Assembly: GCF_963921235.1 (NCBI RefSeq)
Contig: NC_086097.1
Coordinates: 63,552,001-63,616,000 of the forward strand
Length of the DNA stretch: 64,000 nucleotides
DNA from: Mobula hypostoma
Lineage: Eukaryota
Reading direction: 5' to 3'
The notes beneath the pieces were generated by a model. The model saw nothing but the letters and a program-made list of their open reading frames with translations, did no database searches and had not been told where the DNA came from. Positions 25,001 through 34,999 of this stretch are shown piece by piece (positions within the stretch are counted from its first letter, which is position 1; the number at the start of each line of letters is the position of its first letter). Both the position numbers and the translations under genes were made by a program.

Positions 25001-27103
25001 CCCCTCTCTCCCCCTCTCTCCCCCTCTCTCCCCCTCCCCCCTCTCTCTCCCCCTCCCCCCTCTCTCCCCCTCTCTCCCCCCTCCCCCCTCCCCCTCTCTC
25101 CCCCTCTCTCCCCCCTCCCCTCTCTCCCCCTCTCTCCCCCTCTCTCCCCCTCCCCTCTCTCTCCCCCTCTCTCCCCCTCCCCCTCTCTCCCCCTCCCCCT
25201 CTCTCCCCCCTCCCCCCTCTCTCCCCCCTCCCCCTCTCTCCCCCTCTCTCCCCCTCCCCCCTCCCCCCTCCCCCTCTCTCCCCCTCTCTCCCCCTCTCTC
25301 CCCCTCCCCCTCTCTCCCCCTCTCTCCCCCTCTCTCCCCCTCTCTCCCCCTCCCCCCTCTCTCCCCCTCTCTCCCCCTCTCTCCCCCTCCCCCCTCTCTC
25401 CCCCTCGCTCCCCCTCTCCCCCCTCTCTCCCCTCCCCCTCCCCCTCTCCCCCTCTCCCCCTCCCCCCTCTCCCCTCTCCCCCTCTCTCCCCTCTCCCCCT
25501 CTCCCCTCTCCCCCTCTCCCCTCTCTCCCCTCTCCCCCTCTCCCTCCCTCTCCCCCATGTCTCCCTCCCCTACCCCCATCTCTCCCCCCTCCCCCCTCCC
25601 CCCTCCCCCCTCCCCCTCTCTCCCCCTCTCTCCCCCCTCTCCCCCCTCTCTCCCCCTCTCTCCCCCCTCCCCCCTCTCTCCCCCCTCCCCCTCTCTCCCC
25701 CTCCCCCCTCTCTCCCCCTCTCTCCCCCCTCCCCCCCCTCTCTCCCCCCTCCCCCTCTCTCCCCCTCTCTCCCCCTCTCTCCCCCTCTCTCCCCCTCTCT
25801 CCCCCTCCCCCCTCGCTCCCCTCTCTCCCCCCTCTCTCCCCCTCTCTCCCCCCTCTCTCCCTCCTCCTCCCCCTCCCCCTCCCCCTCCCCTCCCCTCCCC
25901 TCCCCCTCTCCCTCTCCCCCCTCTCCCCTCTCCCCCCTCTCCCCTCTCCCCCCTCTCCCCCTCTCCCTCCCTCTCCCTCCCTCTCCCCCATCTCTCCCTC
26001 CCCTACCCCCCTCTCTCCCCCCCCCCCCTCTCCCCTCTCTCCCCCCCCCCCCCCCTCCCCCCCTCCCCCCTCTCCCCCCCTCTCCCCCTCTCTCCCCCCT
26101 CCCCCCCTCTCCCCCTCCCCCTCTCCCCCCCTCTCCCCCTCTCCCCCCTCTCCCCCTCTCCCCTCTCCCCCTCTCCCCCTCTCTCCCCCTCTCTCCCCCT
26201 CTCTCCCCCTCCCCCCTCTCTCCCCCTCCCCCCTCCCCCTCTCTCCCCCCTCCCTCTCTCCCCCTCTCTCCCCCTCTCTCCCCCTCTCTCCCCCCTCTCC
26301 CCCTCTCTCCCCCTCCCCTCTCCCCCTCCCCCTCCCCCTCCCCCCTCCCCCTCCCCCTCCCCCTCCCCCTCCCCCTCCCCCCTCTCTCCCCCTCTCTCCC
26401 TCTCCCCCCTCTCCCCCTCTCTCCCCCTCCCCCCCCTCCCCCCTCTCCCCCCTCCCCCCTCCCCCTCTCTCCCCCTCCCCCCTCTCTCCCCCCTCTCTCC
26501 CCCTCTCTCCCCCCTCTCTCCCCCCTCTCTCTCCCCCCCTCCCCCCTCTCTCCCCCTCTCTCCCCCTCCCCCCTCCCTCCCCCCTCGCTCCCCCCTCCCC
26601 CCTCGCTCCCCCCTCCCCCCTCCCCTCCCCCCTCCCCTCCCCCTCGCTCCCCCCTCCCCCCTCCCCCCTCACTCCCCCTCTCCCCCTCTCTCCCTCCTCC
26701 TCCCCCTCCCCCTCCCCTCCCCTCCCCCTCTCCCCCTCCCACCCCCACCTCTCTCCCCTCCCCCTCCCCCTCCCCCTCTCCCCCTCCCACCCCCACCTCT
26801 CTCCCCTCCCCCTCCCCCTCTCCCTCTCCCTCCTGCTCTCTCCCCTCCTCCTCTCTCCCCTCCCCCTCCCACCTCCCACCTCACTCCCTCTCCCCTCCCA
26901 CCTCTCTCCCACTCCCCCTTCCCCCCTCTCTCCTCCTCCCCCTCCCCCCTCCCACTTCCCTCCCACTCCCCCTCCCCCCTCCCCTCACCCCTCCCACCTC
27001 ACTCCCTCTCCCCTCCTACCTCTCTCCCTCTCCCCTCCCACCTCTCTCCCTCTCCCCTCCCACCTCTCTCCCTCTCTCCTCCCACTCCCCCTCTCCCCTC
27101 CCC
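4074..27103. repeat. 23-kb homopyrimidine/homopurine minisatellite-like tract built from CTCTCCCC(C), CTCTCTCCC and CTCTCTCCCCC units
   Basis: Directly visible: plus strand almost entirely C/T from 4074 to 27103, with only sparse A/G landmarks. Confidence 0.98.
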
Positions 27104-29018
27104 GAGAATTTGTGTTGTAAATTTGCTTTTTTTTATTACTGTTCAGTAGTGTGTTTGAATAAAAGTCCAAATTCATTAGGACTATTGATCAACCTATTAA
27201 GATGTGAAAAGCGGACTTCCCTCATTGCCAAGTTGAATTCTGGATTGAGAAGCTCATATGACCTTCTAACATACCCCTCCAAAGGTTGCATCTCTTCTTG
27301 TCCTATTCTTTCCTCCTAACGCATCATAACAAACAAGGGATGCAGCCGTGCATATCAAAACGAGCAATGGACACAGTCTCTTAAATTCATCAGTGTCAGG
27401 ATATTAATGAAGTCCGCACCATTACAGAGTTTCACGTTCACCTCACTGGGGGGGAAATCTCAGGCCAATATGGAATGATAAATGGGCACTCATGAAATCC
27501 AAGGTGTCCTAATACTATAGAAAGAAAACAGGAGTGACAACGGTTTATCAGTGTGCTGCTGCTCCCATCTCTCAATCTCAGACTATTCGATTTAGATGGC
27601 CTCAGAGTTCAGATATACTTTTATACTCATCAAAGGCCTTCCGAATGTTTACTGGGTTAATGCTCGGATGTCATCATGTGCATTCCTTTCCATGGAGATT
27701 CTCTTTACACATATCCATTCTATCTTCATCATTAGATTTAATTTCTGAAAATTTCTACCAGACAGCACCAAGAGAACACCAACACTACACTAGACTTGAA
27801 TAAACCACTAAAGGGTAATTCATGCTGAGTTTGGCAGGGACGCCACTTCTAATGAATGAATAATTACTGTAAAAGCTGAATTTAGTGTACATAAATGTGA
27901 AGAACCGACATCTGATTAGTACTAATCCCTGTTTGATGTCATGACATTCCTACTCTTCCAATTTCCTGCAAGTATTAACTGTGGCTATTCTAATGCCTTC
28001 ACAAGTGCAGTATCTAATGTGATTCAAGCCTGATGTTTCTTGTATACGTTGAATAAAAATACCTCCTCCAGTACCCAGAATACTCCAATAACATGTGCTA
28101 ATGATCCCAGTTTCATGCTTATCATGTCCTTCAGATTTGACCTCTGCTCAGATTTTCCTGACAGCCATTTATTGTAATTGGGTGTAGCTAGAATTAACAT
28201 TTTATAAGGCTTTACATTCAAATGTATATATAAAAGACATCATACCCACAAAAAATGCAATTTTGATTGCAATACTTTTTTATATTGCAATTTTTAGTCA
28301 GAACCTTTGAAAGTAAAACATTTAAAGGAACATTGTCATCCTTGGATTTCCGCTTTTAAATTCGATGTTTATTTTTATTTATAACCAAATACTTCGCCTC
28401 TATCAATTTTATATGCAAAAATTATAGCACAGAATTCATTTTGATTAATAGGAAGCTGGTTTTAAATTAAAATTACCACACAGCAGCTGCAAGTTTATCT
28501 CAAAGCAATCCAATGACTTCTGTGCATAAAGCACCACAGTCAACCTCCAGAGAAGTTGAAATAACTGGTTGTCAGGGGGAAGTGGTTTATTTCTTAGCTT
28601 GATTTGTGAATAAGTCATTCATTTATAATAATCCTGTATGTTTTGCTGACAGAAACAAACTCTCTTCACAGAGAGGCTGATTTACAAGATGCCGGTGTGA
28701 GTGGAGACTAGCAGCTCCATGTAACAAACATTGATCTGCAGTGTAATATACGATAACAACAGACAGCAGCTCAACCATAAACTGGACGACTAATAAAATA
28801 AAATTTGCTATAGGAGATGTCTGTGTTAGAAGGAAGGGTTGCACTCTGTCAGTGATACATCAATGACCGATGAATGTTTTAATAAATACTATTTTCAAAT
28901 TAGTGGTGGTGATTCACCCTTTTATATTTCAGAACCTGCAGTTAAAATACAGATCATTCACTGTTTAATACATTGGCAAATTGTGGTACTTCCATTTACA
29001 TCCAAATCTGTTTACTTT

Positions 29019-30085
29019 TCAAGTTCAAGTTCATAAAATTGAATTCAAAGTGCATGCAGGGAAACAGGGAAACTGTAAACAGTACAGCAACCAGCTTGCT
29101 TGTCCTAGTAATGAGACCTCGGTGGTGGCAGGGTATTCATTAGTCTCATAGCCTGAGGGCAGGAGATGACAGTTCTAATCCTGACACTCCTGTACCTCCT
29201 TCCTGACAGTAGGACAAAGAGATCGTGGGCCGGGTGGTAGGGATACTCAACAATGCCTCGGCCCCTTGGCATGCAATGCTCCCTGTAAATATCACAAATG
29301 GGGAGGGGGGGGGTTGGGGAGAGACCCCAGTGATCCTCTCAGCAGTTTTTACTGTCCTCTGTAAGGTCTTGAGGTCTGATGCCTTGCAGCTTCTGTACCA
29401 CACAATAATGCAGCCAGACAGGGCACTCTCCACGGTTCATCTATAGAAAGATGTTAGAATGGGGTGGGGAATCTTGCATGCCTCAATCTCCTTTGAAAGT
29501 GTAGACACTGCCATGCCTTCTTGACTAGTGTGGAGGTGTTGTGGGTCCAGGTTAGACCGTCCATTATCTGCACACCAAGAAACTTCGTGCTCTTCACTCG
29601 CTCCATGACAGAGCCATTGATGTGCAAATGGAGAGTGGTCGACCTGTGCCTTCCTGAAGTCCACAATCACCTCTTTTGTCTTGTACAGTTGAGCCTCTGG
29701 TTGTTGTTCTCTCGCCACCTGACAAGTCACACCATAGGGCATTCCTCCTCTTTGTATGCCAACTCATCATTATTGTTGGTGAGGCCAACCACTGTTGTAT
29801 CATTAAAAAAACTTGGTGACGTGGTTTGAGCTGGATCTGACAGTAAAGTCGTGAGTCGGCAGTGTGAACATCAGCGGGCTGAGCACATAGCCCTGGAGGG
29901 CATCAGTTCTCAATGTGATGGATCTTGAGATGTTGCTGCAACTTGGACTGATGGGTCTTTCCATTAAGAAGTCTAAGATCCAGTTACAGAGGGGGATGTT
30001 GAGTCCCAGTGAGGACAGTTTACCCAGCTGCCTCTGAGAGATGATTATGTTAAATCCCAAGTTGAAGTTGATGTGAACAGCAACG
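29019..30085 (-). mobile_element. Rex1/Babar LINE, 5'-truncated and decayed
   Basis: (TTCAAG)n-type tail at ~29019. Minus ORFs 29146-29433 (ESALSGCIIVWY...LQRTVKTAERITG), 29454-29666 (INGSVMERVKSTKFLGVQI) and 29803-30060 (LCNWILDFL...QGYVLSPLMF). Confidence 0.88.
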
Positions 30086-30256
30086 TGACATATGCGGCAT
30101 AATTTCTAGCTGTGTAAAGGACTAGGCTGATCAGACCTTAACTATTCAGGTGTCTAGGAGATGTGGTAATAAGCATACAAATGCAACAAAGTAACTTAAG
30201 CCTAATTTACTATCATAAAGTGGAAAGCACTAATAAACCACAAAAAATACTACACA

Positions 30257-30489
30257 AACAACAGGAATTCTGCAGATGCTGGAAATTCAAGCAACATACA
30301 TCAAAGTTGCTGGTGAACGCAGCAGGCCAAGCAGCATCTATAGGAAGAGGTGCAGTCGACGTTTCAGGCCGAGACCCTTCGTCCTGTTAGTACTGACGAA
30401 GGGTCTCGGCCTGAAACGTCGACTGCACCTCTTCCTATAGATGCTGCTTGGCCTGCTGCGTTCACCAGCAACTTTGATGCATGTTGCTT
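30257..30489. mobile_element. 233-bp Penelope-derived hairpin insertion (inverted pseudo-LTR ends) with 14-bp TSD
   Basis: Arms 30289-30383 and 30395-30489 are reverse complements (one mismatch in 95 bp) around an 11-nt loop. TSD AAAAATACTACACA at 30243-30256 and 30490-30503. Same sequence as the ends of the PLE at 31341-32467. Confidence 0.9.
30388..30425 (+). ncRNA. Minimal type-I hammerhead ribozyme (stem I closing pair mutated)
   Basis: tagta-CTGACGA-AGG-gtctcgg-CCT-GAAAC-GTC-gactg. The catalytic core is intact, but the C preceding CTGACGA in other copies is A here. Confidence 0.7.
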
Positions 30490-31434
30490 AAAAATACTAC
30501 ACAGTAAGTCATAAAGATTTTGGGGCTCACGATTCTTAGTCACCACATGATTGCTGCTGTTGTCAGGGGATCTCTGAATTTTGATCCACTTGTGAAACTA
30601 CTCCAGCACTTGAATGAAGCCCAATGAACCAGGGAAGGCAGCCCAATTAATATAAATTTCACAAGTGCAGAGAGACCCAGAAACAGACAAACTCTTTGTT
30701 CTTTTATCTCAACACAACTTGTCCTTTCTTTTCCCCAAACACATCCTGTGCCCATTAACACAGTCCTCATAAATCAATTAGACACTTTAATGGTCGGTCC
30801 TCATTATCTCATAGCACACAATATTCCTTTGGACATAAAAGAACATTAATATTACATATAAGTGAATCCAAGAAAGTCTTAACAGACATTCACACTTTAC
30901 TGGTGCTTGAGACTAAGAAGGAATCCAGCTACAAACATTAACAGACCTGCAGTGTTTCCCTTATACAGACACTGTGCAAATGCTACTCACTAAGAGACCT
31001 ATAGACTTCACATGCTAAGTGTTCCAAAAGAGCTAAATTGTCATTTGACCTTCCAGACGTTCATCCAATGTTTTGCAAAATGTATTATAGCAGAAAGTGG
31101 GACAGGACATAGTGGAGGGCCAAGGCTATGGCATCATCAGTGCACCCGTTTTGAGACAAATAAACTGAAGGTTTATGTAGGTGTACTGTAGGTGAAGTAA
31201 ATACTTGTATAGGAATATGAAAGAATAGCCTTCTTAGTCATGAAACCTATTTGGCTGCCTCACTGCAAATCATCTGTGTACTGATGATTTCTATAACATT
31301 ATTCATAATTTTGAGATGAAACAACCTAATGGACAATGAACAACAGGAATTCTGCAGATGCTGGAAATTCAAGCAACACACATCAAAGTTGCTGGTGAAC
31401 GCAGCAGGCCAAGCAGCATCTATAGGAAGAGGCG

Positions 31435-31472
31435 CAGTCGACGTTTCAGGCCGAGACCCTTCATCAGGACTA
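31435..31472 (-). ncRNA. Minimal type-I hammerhead ribozyme (PLE pLTR)
   Basis: Reverse complement reads TAGTC-CTGATGA-AGG-gtctcgg-CCT-GAAAC-GTC-GACTG: canonical CUGAUGA/GAAA core, 3-bp stem II, palindromic ACGT stem III, GUC cleavage triplet, stem I TAGTC/GACTG. Confidence 0.85.
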
Positions 31473-31810
31473 ACTGAAGGAAGAGTGAGTAAGGGATTTG
31501 AAAGCTGGAGGGGGAGGGGGAGATGCAAAATGATAGGAGAAGACAGGAGGGGGAGGGATAGAGCCGAGAGCTGGACAGGTGATAGGCAAAAGGGGATACG
31601 AGAGGATCATGGGACAGGAGGTCCGGGAAGAAAGACGGGGGGGGGGGTGACCCAGAGGATGGGCAAGAGGTATATTCAGAGGGACAGAGGGAGAAAAAGG
31701 AGAGTGAGAGAAAGAATGTGTGCATAAAAATGAGTAACAGATGGGGTACGAGGGGGAGGTGGGGCCTAGCGGAAGTTAGAGAAGTCAATGTTAGAGAAAG
31801 TTAGAGAAGC

Positions 31811-32071
31811 CTTTTATATATTGGTGAGACCCGACGCAGACTGGGAGATCGCTTTGCTGAACATCTACGCTCTGTCCGCCAGAGAAAGCAGGATCTCCCA
31901 GTGGCCACACATTTTAATTCCACATCCCATTCCCATTCTGACATGTCTATCCACGGCCTCCTCTACTGTAAAGATGAAGCCACACTCAGGTTGGAGGAAC
32001 AACACCTTATATTCCGTCTGGGTAGCCTCCAACCTGATGGCATGAACATTGACTTCTCTAACTTCCCCTAG
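31811..32071 (+). pseudogene. Penelope GIY-YIG endonuclease C-terminal fragment (5'-truncated, frame open)
   Basis: Own translation: LLYIGETRRRLGDRFAEHLRSVRQRKQDLPVATHFNSTSHSHSDMSIHGLLYCKDEATLRLEEQHLIFRLGSLQPDGMNIDFSNFP*. YIGET, R..EH, HF and E...I..L....P.G.N motifs of PLE GIY-YIG. No start codon, so absent from the ORF track. Confidence 0.92.
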
Positions 32072-32365
32072 GCCCCACCTCCCCCTCGTACCCCATCTGT
32101 TACTCATTTTTATACACACATTCTTTCTCTCACTCTCCTTTTTCTCCCTCTGTCCCTCTGAATATACCTCTTGCCCATCCTCTGGGTCACCCCCCCCCCT
32201 TGTCTTTCTTCCCGGACCTCCTGTCCCATGATCCTCTCGTATCCCCTTTTGCCTATCACCTGTCCAGCTCTCGGCTCTATCCCTCCCCCTCCTGTCTTCT
32301 CCTATCATTTTGCATCTCCCCCTCCCCCTCCAGCTTTCAAATCCCTTACTCACTCTTCCTTCAGT

Positions 32366-32403
32366 TAGTCCTGACGAAGGGTCTCGGCCTGAAACGTCGA
32401 CTG
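32366..32403 (+). ncRNA. Minimal type-I hammerhead ribozyme (PLE pLTR); predicted cleavage after C32398
   Basis: TAGTC-CTGACGA-AGG-gtctcgg-CCT-GAAAC-GTC^GACTG; all core nucleotides intact. Confidence 0.85.
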
Positions 32404-33044
32404 CGCCTCTTCCTATAGATGCTGCTTGGCCTGCTGCGTTCACCAGCAACTTTGATGTGTGTTGCGTTAATGGACAATGAAAACTGTATTTCTTTATACA
32501 TGTGGCACACGTAAAAAATGCCATTTGTGGACATATGTTTGCAGTTTCGTTAATTTATTTTCATAAGCTAGTTCATTGTGAAATGAGATATAAGAAATAT
32601 ACATGGGAAATGTGTGAATTTCCTTAAGTATCTAATGCTGAATTCAGAACATGTATGATAAAGTTCAGTCTTTAGTTGCAACTTTATGCAAAATGATACA
32701 TAAAGCTTGCATCCAGTGTATTGTTGTTGAATATTGTGCATTTCTGCCAGTATTATTAGTTCTGATCTGCAAGTAAAGCACAATCAAAAAGTGAGTAAAA
32801 TAAAACATAACAATCAGAAATTTAGATTAAGTGATGAGATGGTACATTGAAATTGAATATCCATGCTAAACCATTGTGTGACTGATTTTCTATTGCTACA
32901 ATGATTGAAAATGGGGCTGATCAAGTGTTGAGCAGAGTGTGTTCATATGATTATCCTGCAATTCCATTCTATAACCTTGTAGCTGACATGCTGGCCTATC
33001 GTGTTTTGACAAATTTGCCAGCGCCATTTCTTCATCTCGGTTTG

Positions 33045-33848
33045 AATCAGAATCAGGTTTATTATCACCGGCATGTGACGTGAAATTTGTTAACTTAGCA
33101 GCAGCAGTTCAATTCAATACATAATCTAGCAGAGAAAAATAAATAATTAAACAAATAAATCAATTCCAGTGCCACAAACTTGCCGATGCAGCATCCTGGA
33201 AGCAGCCGAACACAGTCCAACTTCAAGTCCGTTTGAAAACTTCGAGCCTCCGACCAGCTCTCCGACATCAAGCACCGAGCACCATCTCTGCTGAGTGTTT
33301 CGACCCCGGCAACAGGCAATAGGCAAAGCCGAGGATTTGGGGCCTTCCCCTCCGGAGATTCCTGATCGCACAGCAGCAGCGGCAGCGAAGCGGGCATTTC
33401 AGAAGTTTCTCCAGATGTTCCTCCGTGCCTCTCACAGGTGTCTCCATCAAATAAGGATTGTGCACGGCATCCTACTTCACAAATACGATATCAATTCGGA
33501 GCGGCCGCGCGCATTGCGTCGCGCCGCCATCTTCTCCTACCCCACTAGTTGGCATATCTCACTCCTGTATGTCCTCTTGACACCACCTGAGATTCTACCA
33601 ACAATGGTTGTATAGTCATGAAATTTATAGATGGTATTTGAGCTATGCCTAGCTACACAGTCATGTATATACAGAGAGTAGAGTAGTGGTCTAAGCACAC
33701 ATCCCTGAGGTGCACCAGTGTTGATCGTCAGTGAGGAGGAGATGTTATCACCAATCCACACAGATTATGGCCTTCCGGTTAGGAAGTCGAAGATCCAATT
33801 GCAGAGGGAGGTACAGAGGCCCAGATTCTTCAACCTCTCAATCAGAAT
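33045..33848 (-). mobile_element. Composite Rex1/Babar-related insertion: RT fragment, GC-rich non-coding module and (TTCTGA)n tail
   Basis: Minus ORF 33537-33761 (NTGAPQGCVLRPLLYSLYIHDC...YKFHDYTTIVG) is Rex1 RT. 33170-33537 is a GC-rich module also present at ~57700-58222. Tail gaatcagaatcag at 33044; AATCAGAAT repeated at 33045 and 33840. Confidence 0.75.
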
Positions 33849-34169
33849 AATACAGAAATTAGCACTGGCTTAATAATCATAAAGGAATCAAACGTGAGAG
33901 CATGTTAAAAGTTCTCTGTGAAAGGAAAGTATAAAATATTCTACTATTACATCAGTACTCCTTCTCTACTATTTTTAATAAACATTGCAAATTAGATAGC
34001 CCAACCATAGTCCAGCTTCCCAAAGTTTCAAAAGTCAAGAGAGGACTTGTGTCACATAACATCATTGACATGCTCCTCATTCATCCATCCCATCTCTTGT
34101 CGCATTTGTAAAGAGTTGTTGGTTCCCTCAGTGCTAAACCCAGTAACTAAGCTTTGTGTTCAAGTACTA

Positions 34170-34860
34170 ACTTATTATAAGTATCTTGGTGAATTTCCAT
34201 GATCTGTCTCTTGGTGAGGGTATATATACAAGATAAAACTCACCATTAGCTTTAATGCATCATATAGCCTTTGGTTGATTGAAGAGAATTTGAAGATCAA
34301 AGCCTCAGACCTGGAACAAAACTCATGGTCTAACAAGCCATGGTGAACACTACCCTCCGAGATGCCTCTGAGACCTGGCCCATCTAGTATAACACTTCAG
34401 AGCACTGAAGAAAAAACAGTCTCAGTCATGTCTGCAAAATTCTCCAAATTCACTGGAAGCACAAAGAAATCAAAGTCCAACACCCCTCCCAGGCCAACAG
34501 TCTTAGTTACAGCCAATTGCCTACATTGAAATGCTAGGCTTTCCAATGCCCAGCACCGGGTTCTTGAAAAGGACATTCTTCTCCAAAATCTAGTACAGAA
34601 AGGGATGACCAGGAAATGGTCAAAGAATATACTCCAGCCCTCCTTGAAGAAATGTAATATACTCATTACTTCCTGGGTATCTCAGCTCATGACTGCTCAA
34701 AGCAGAGAAGCAGCATTCAGGATGGCTTTAAGTGGAAGGAACACACCACTCACAGACTACTTGTCCATCCATCCCATCTCCTGTTGCATTTGTGGAAGAA
34801 TCTGTGGTTCCCCCTGAATCCTCATTACCCACCTCAGAACCAACAAAACCAGAGTGAAGA
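34170..34860 (+). mobile_element. RTE (BovB-like) LINE 3' fragment, strongly decayed
   Basis: Degenerate AFG.L..R.FEDQ.LRPGTKLMV...ASETW motif at ~34265-34380; C-terminal CCICGRICGS cysteine motif in ORF 34605-34817. Confidence 0.65.
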
Positions 34861-34999
34861 TTTCTTGTAAGCGTGTTCAGCTGTCTGTCATGAAGCCCAA
34901 CAGTAAGATACGCATTTGTTACTTGTACAGCAGGATACCACTCCACTCTCCCAGATTACCCCACAGCAGGAAACAGTACAAATTAAACCCAGTGCATAG

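Larger units (their letters stand above)
31341..32467. mobile_element. Young Penelope-like element insertion with ~420-bp inverted pseudo-LTR arms and 14-bp TSD
   Basis: Arms 31373-31792 and 32045-32465 are near-identical reverse complements with a GIY-YIG fragment between them. TSD TAATGGACAATGAA at 31327-31340 and 32468-32481. Confidence 0.93.

Noticed and set aside
4032..26966. Minus-strand Gly/Glu/Arg (RGG-like) ORFs up to 2877 aa
   Set aside because: Same artefact on the G/A strand; unit lengths of 8, 9 and 11 nt do not preserve frame.
4074..27103. Immunoglobulin switch region or telomeric array
   Set aside because: No AGCT/GAGCT motifs, no TTAGGG and no Ig exons nearby.
4591..27319. 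Giant plus-strand ORFs (7509, 7082 and 3435 aa; Pro/Ser/Leu, extensin- or formin-like)
   Set aside because: A C/T-only strand cannot contain stop codons; all three frames are open, the starts are TTG, and there is no frame preference.
28024..28844. Hydrophobic minus-strand ORFs (28024-28221, 28623-28844) as membrane-protein exons
   Set aside because: Some AG/GT boundaries exist, but I could not assemble a consistent phase-compatible model or recognise the peptides; needs RNA-seq or tBLASTn.
30257..30489. Integrated viroid-like RNA with hammerheads of both polarities
   Set aside because: Fully explained by PLE pLTR sequence, and the minus-strand hammerhead core is truncated.
30163..32524. 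Repeated ORF peptide 'QHTSKLLVNAAGQAASIGRGAVDVSGRDPSS' as a gene family
   Set aside because: It is the antisense translation of the non-coding Penelope pLTR end.
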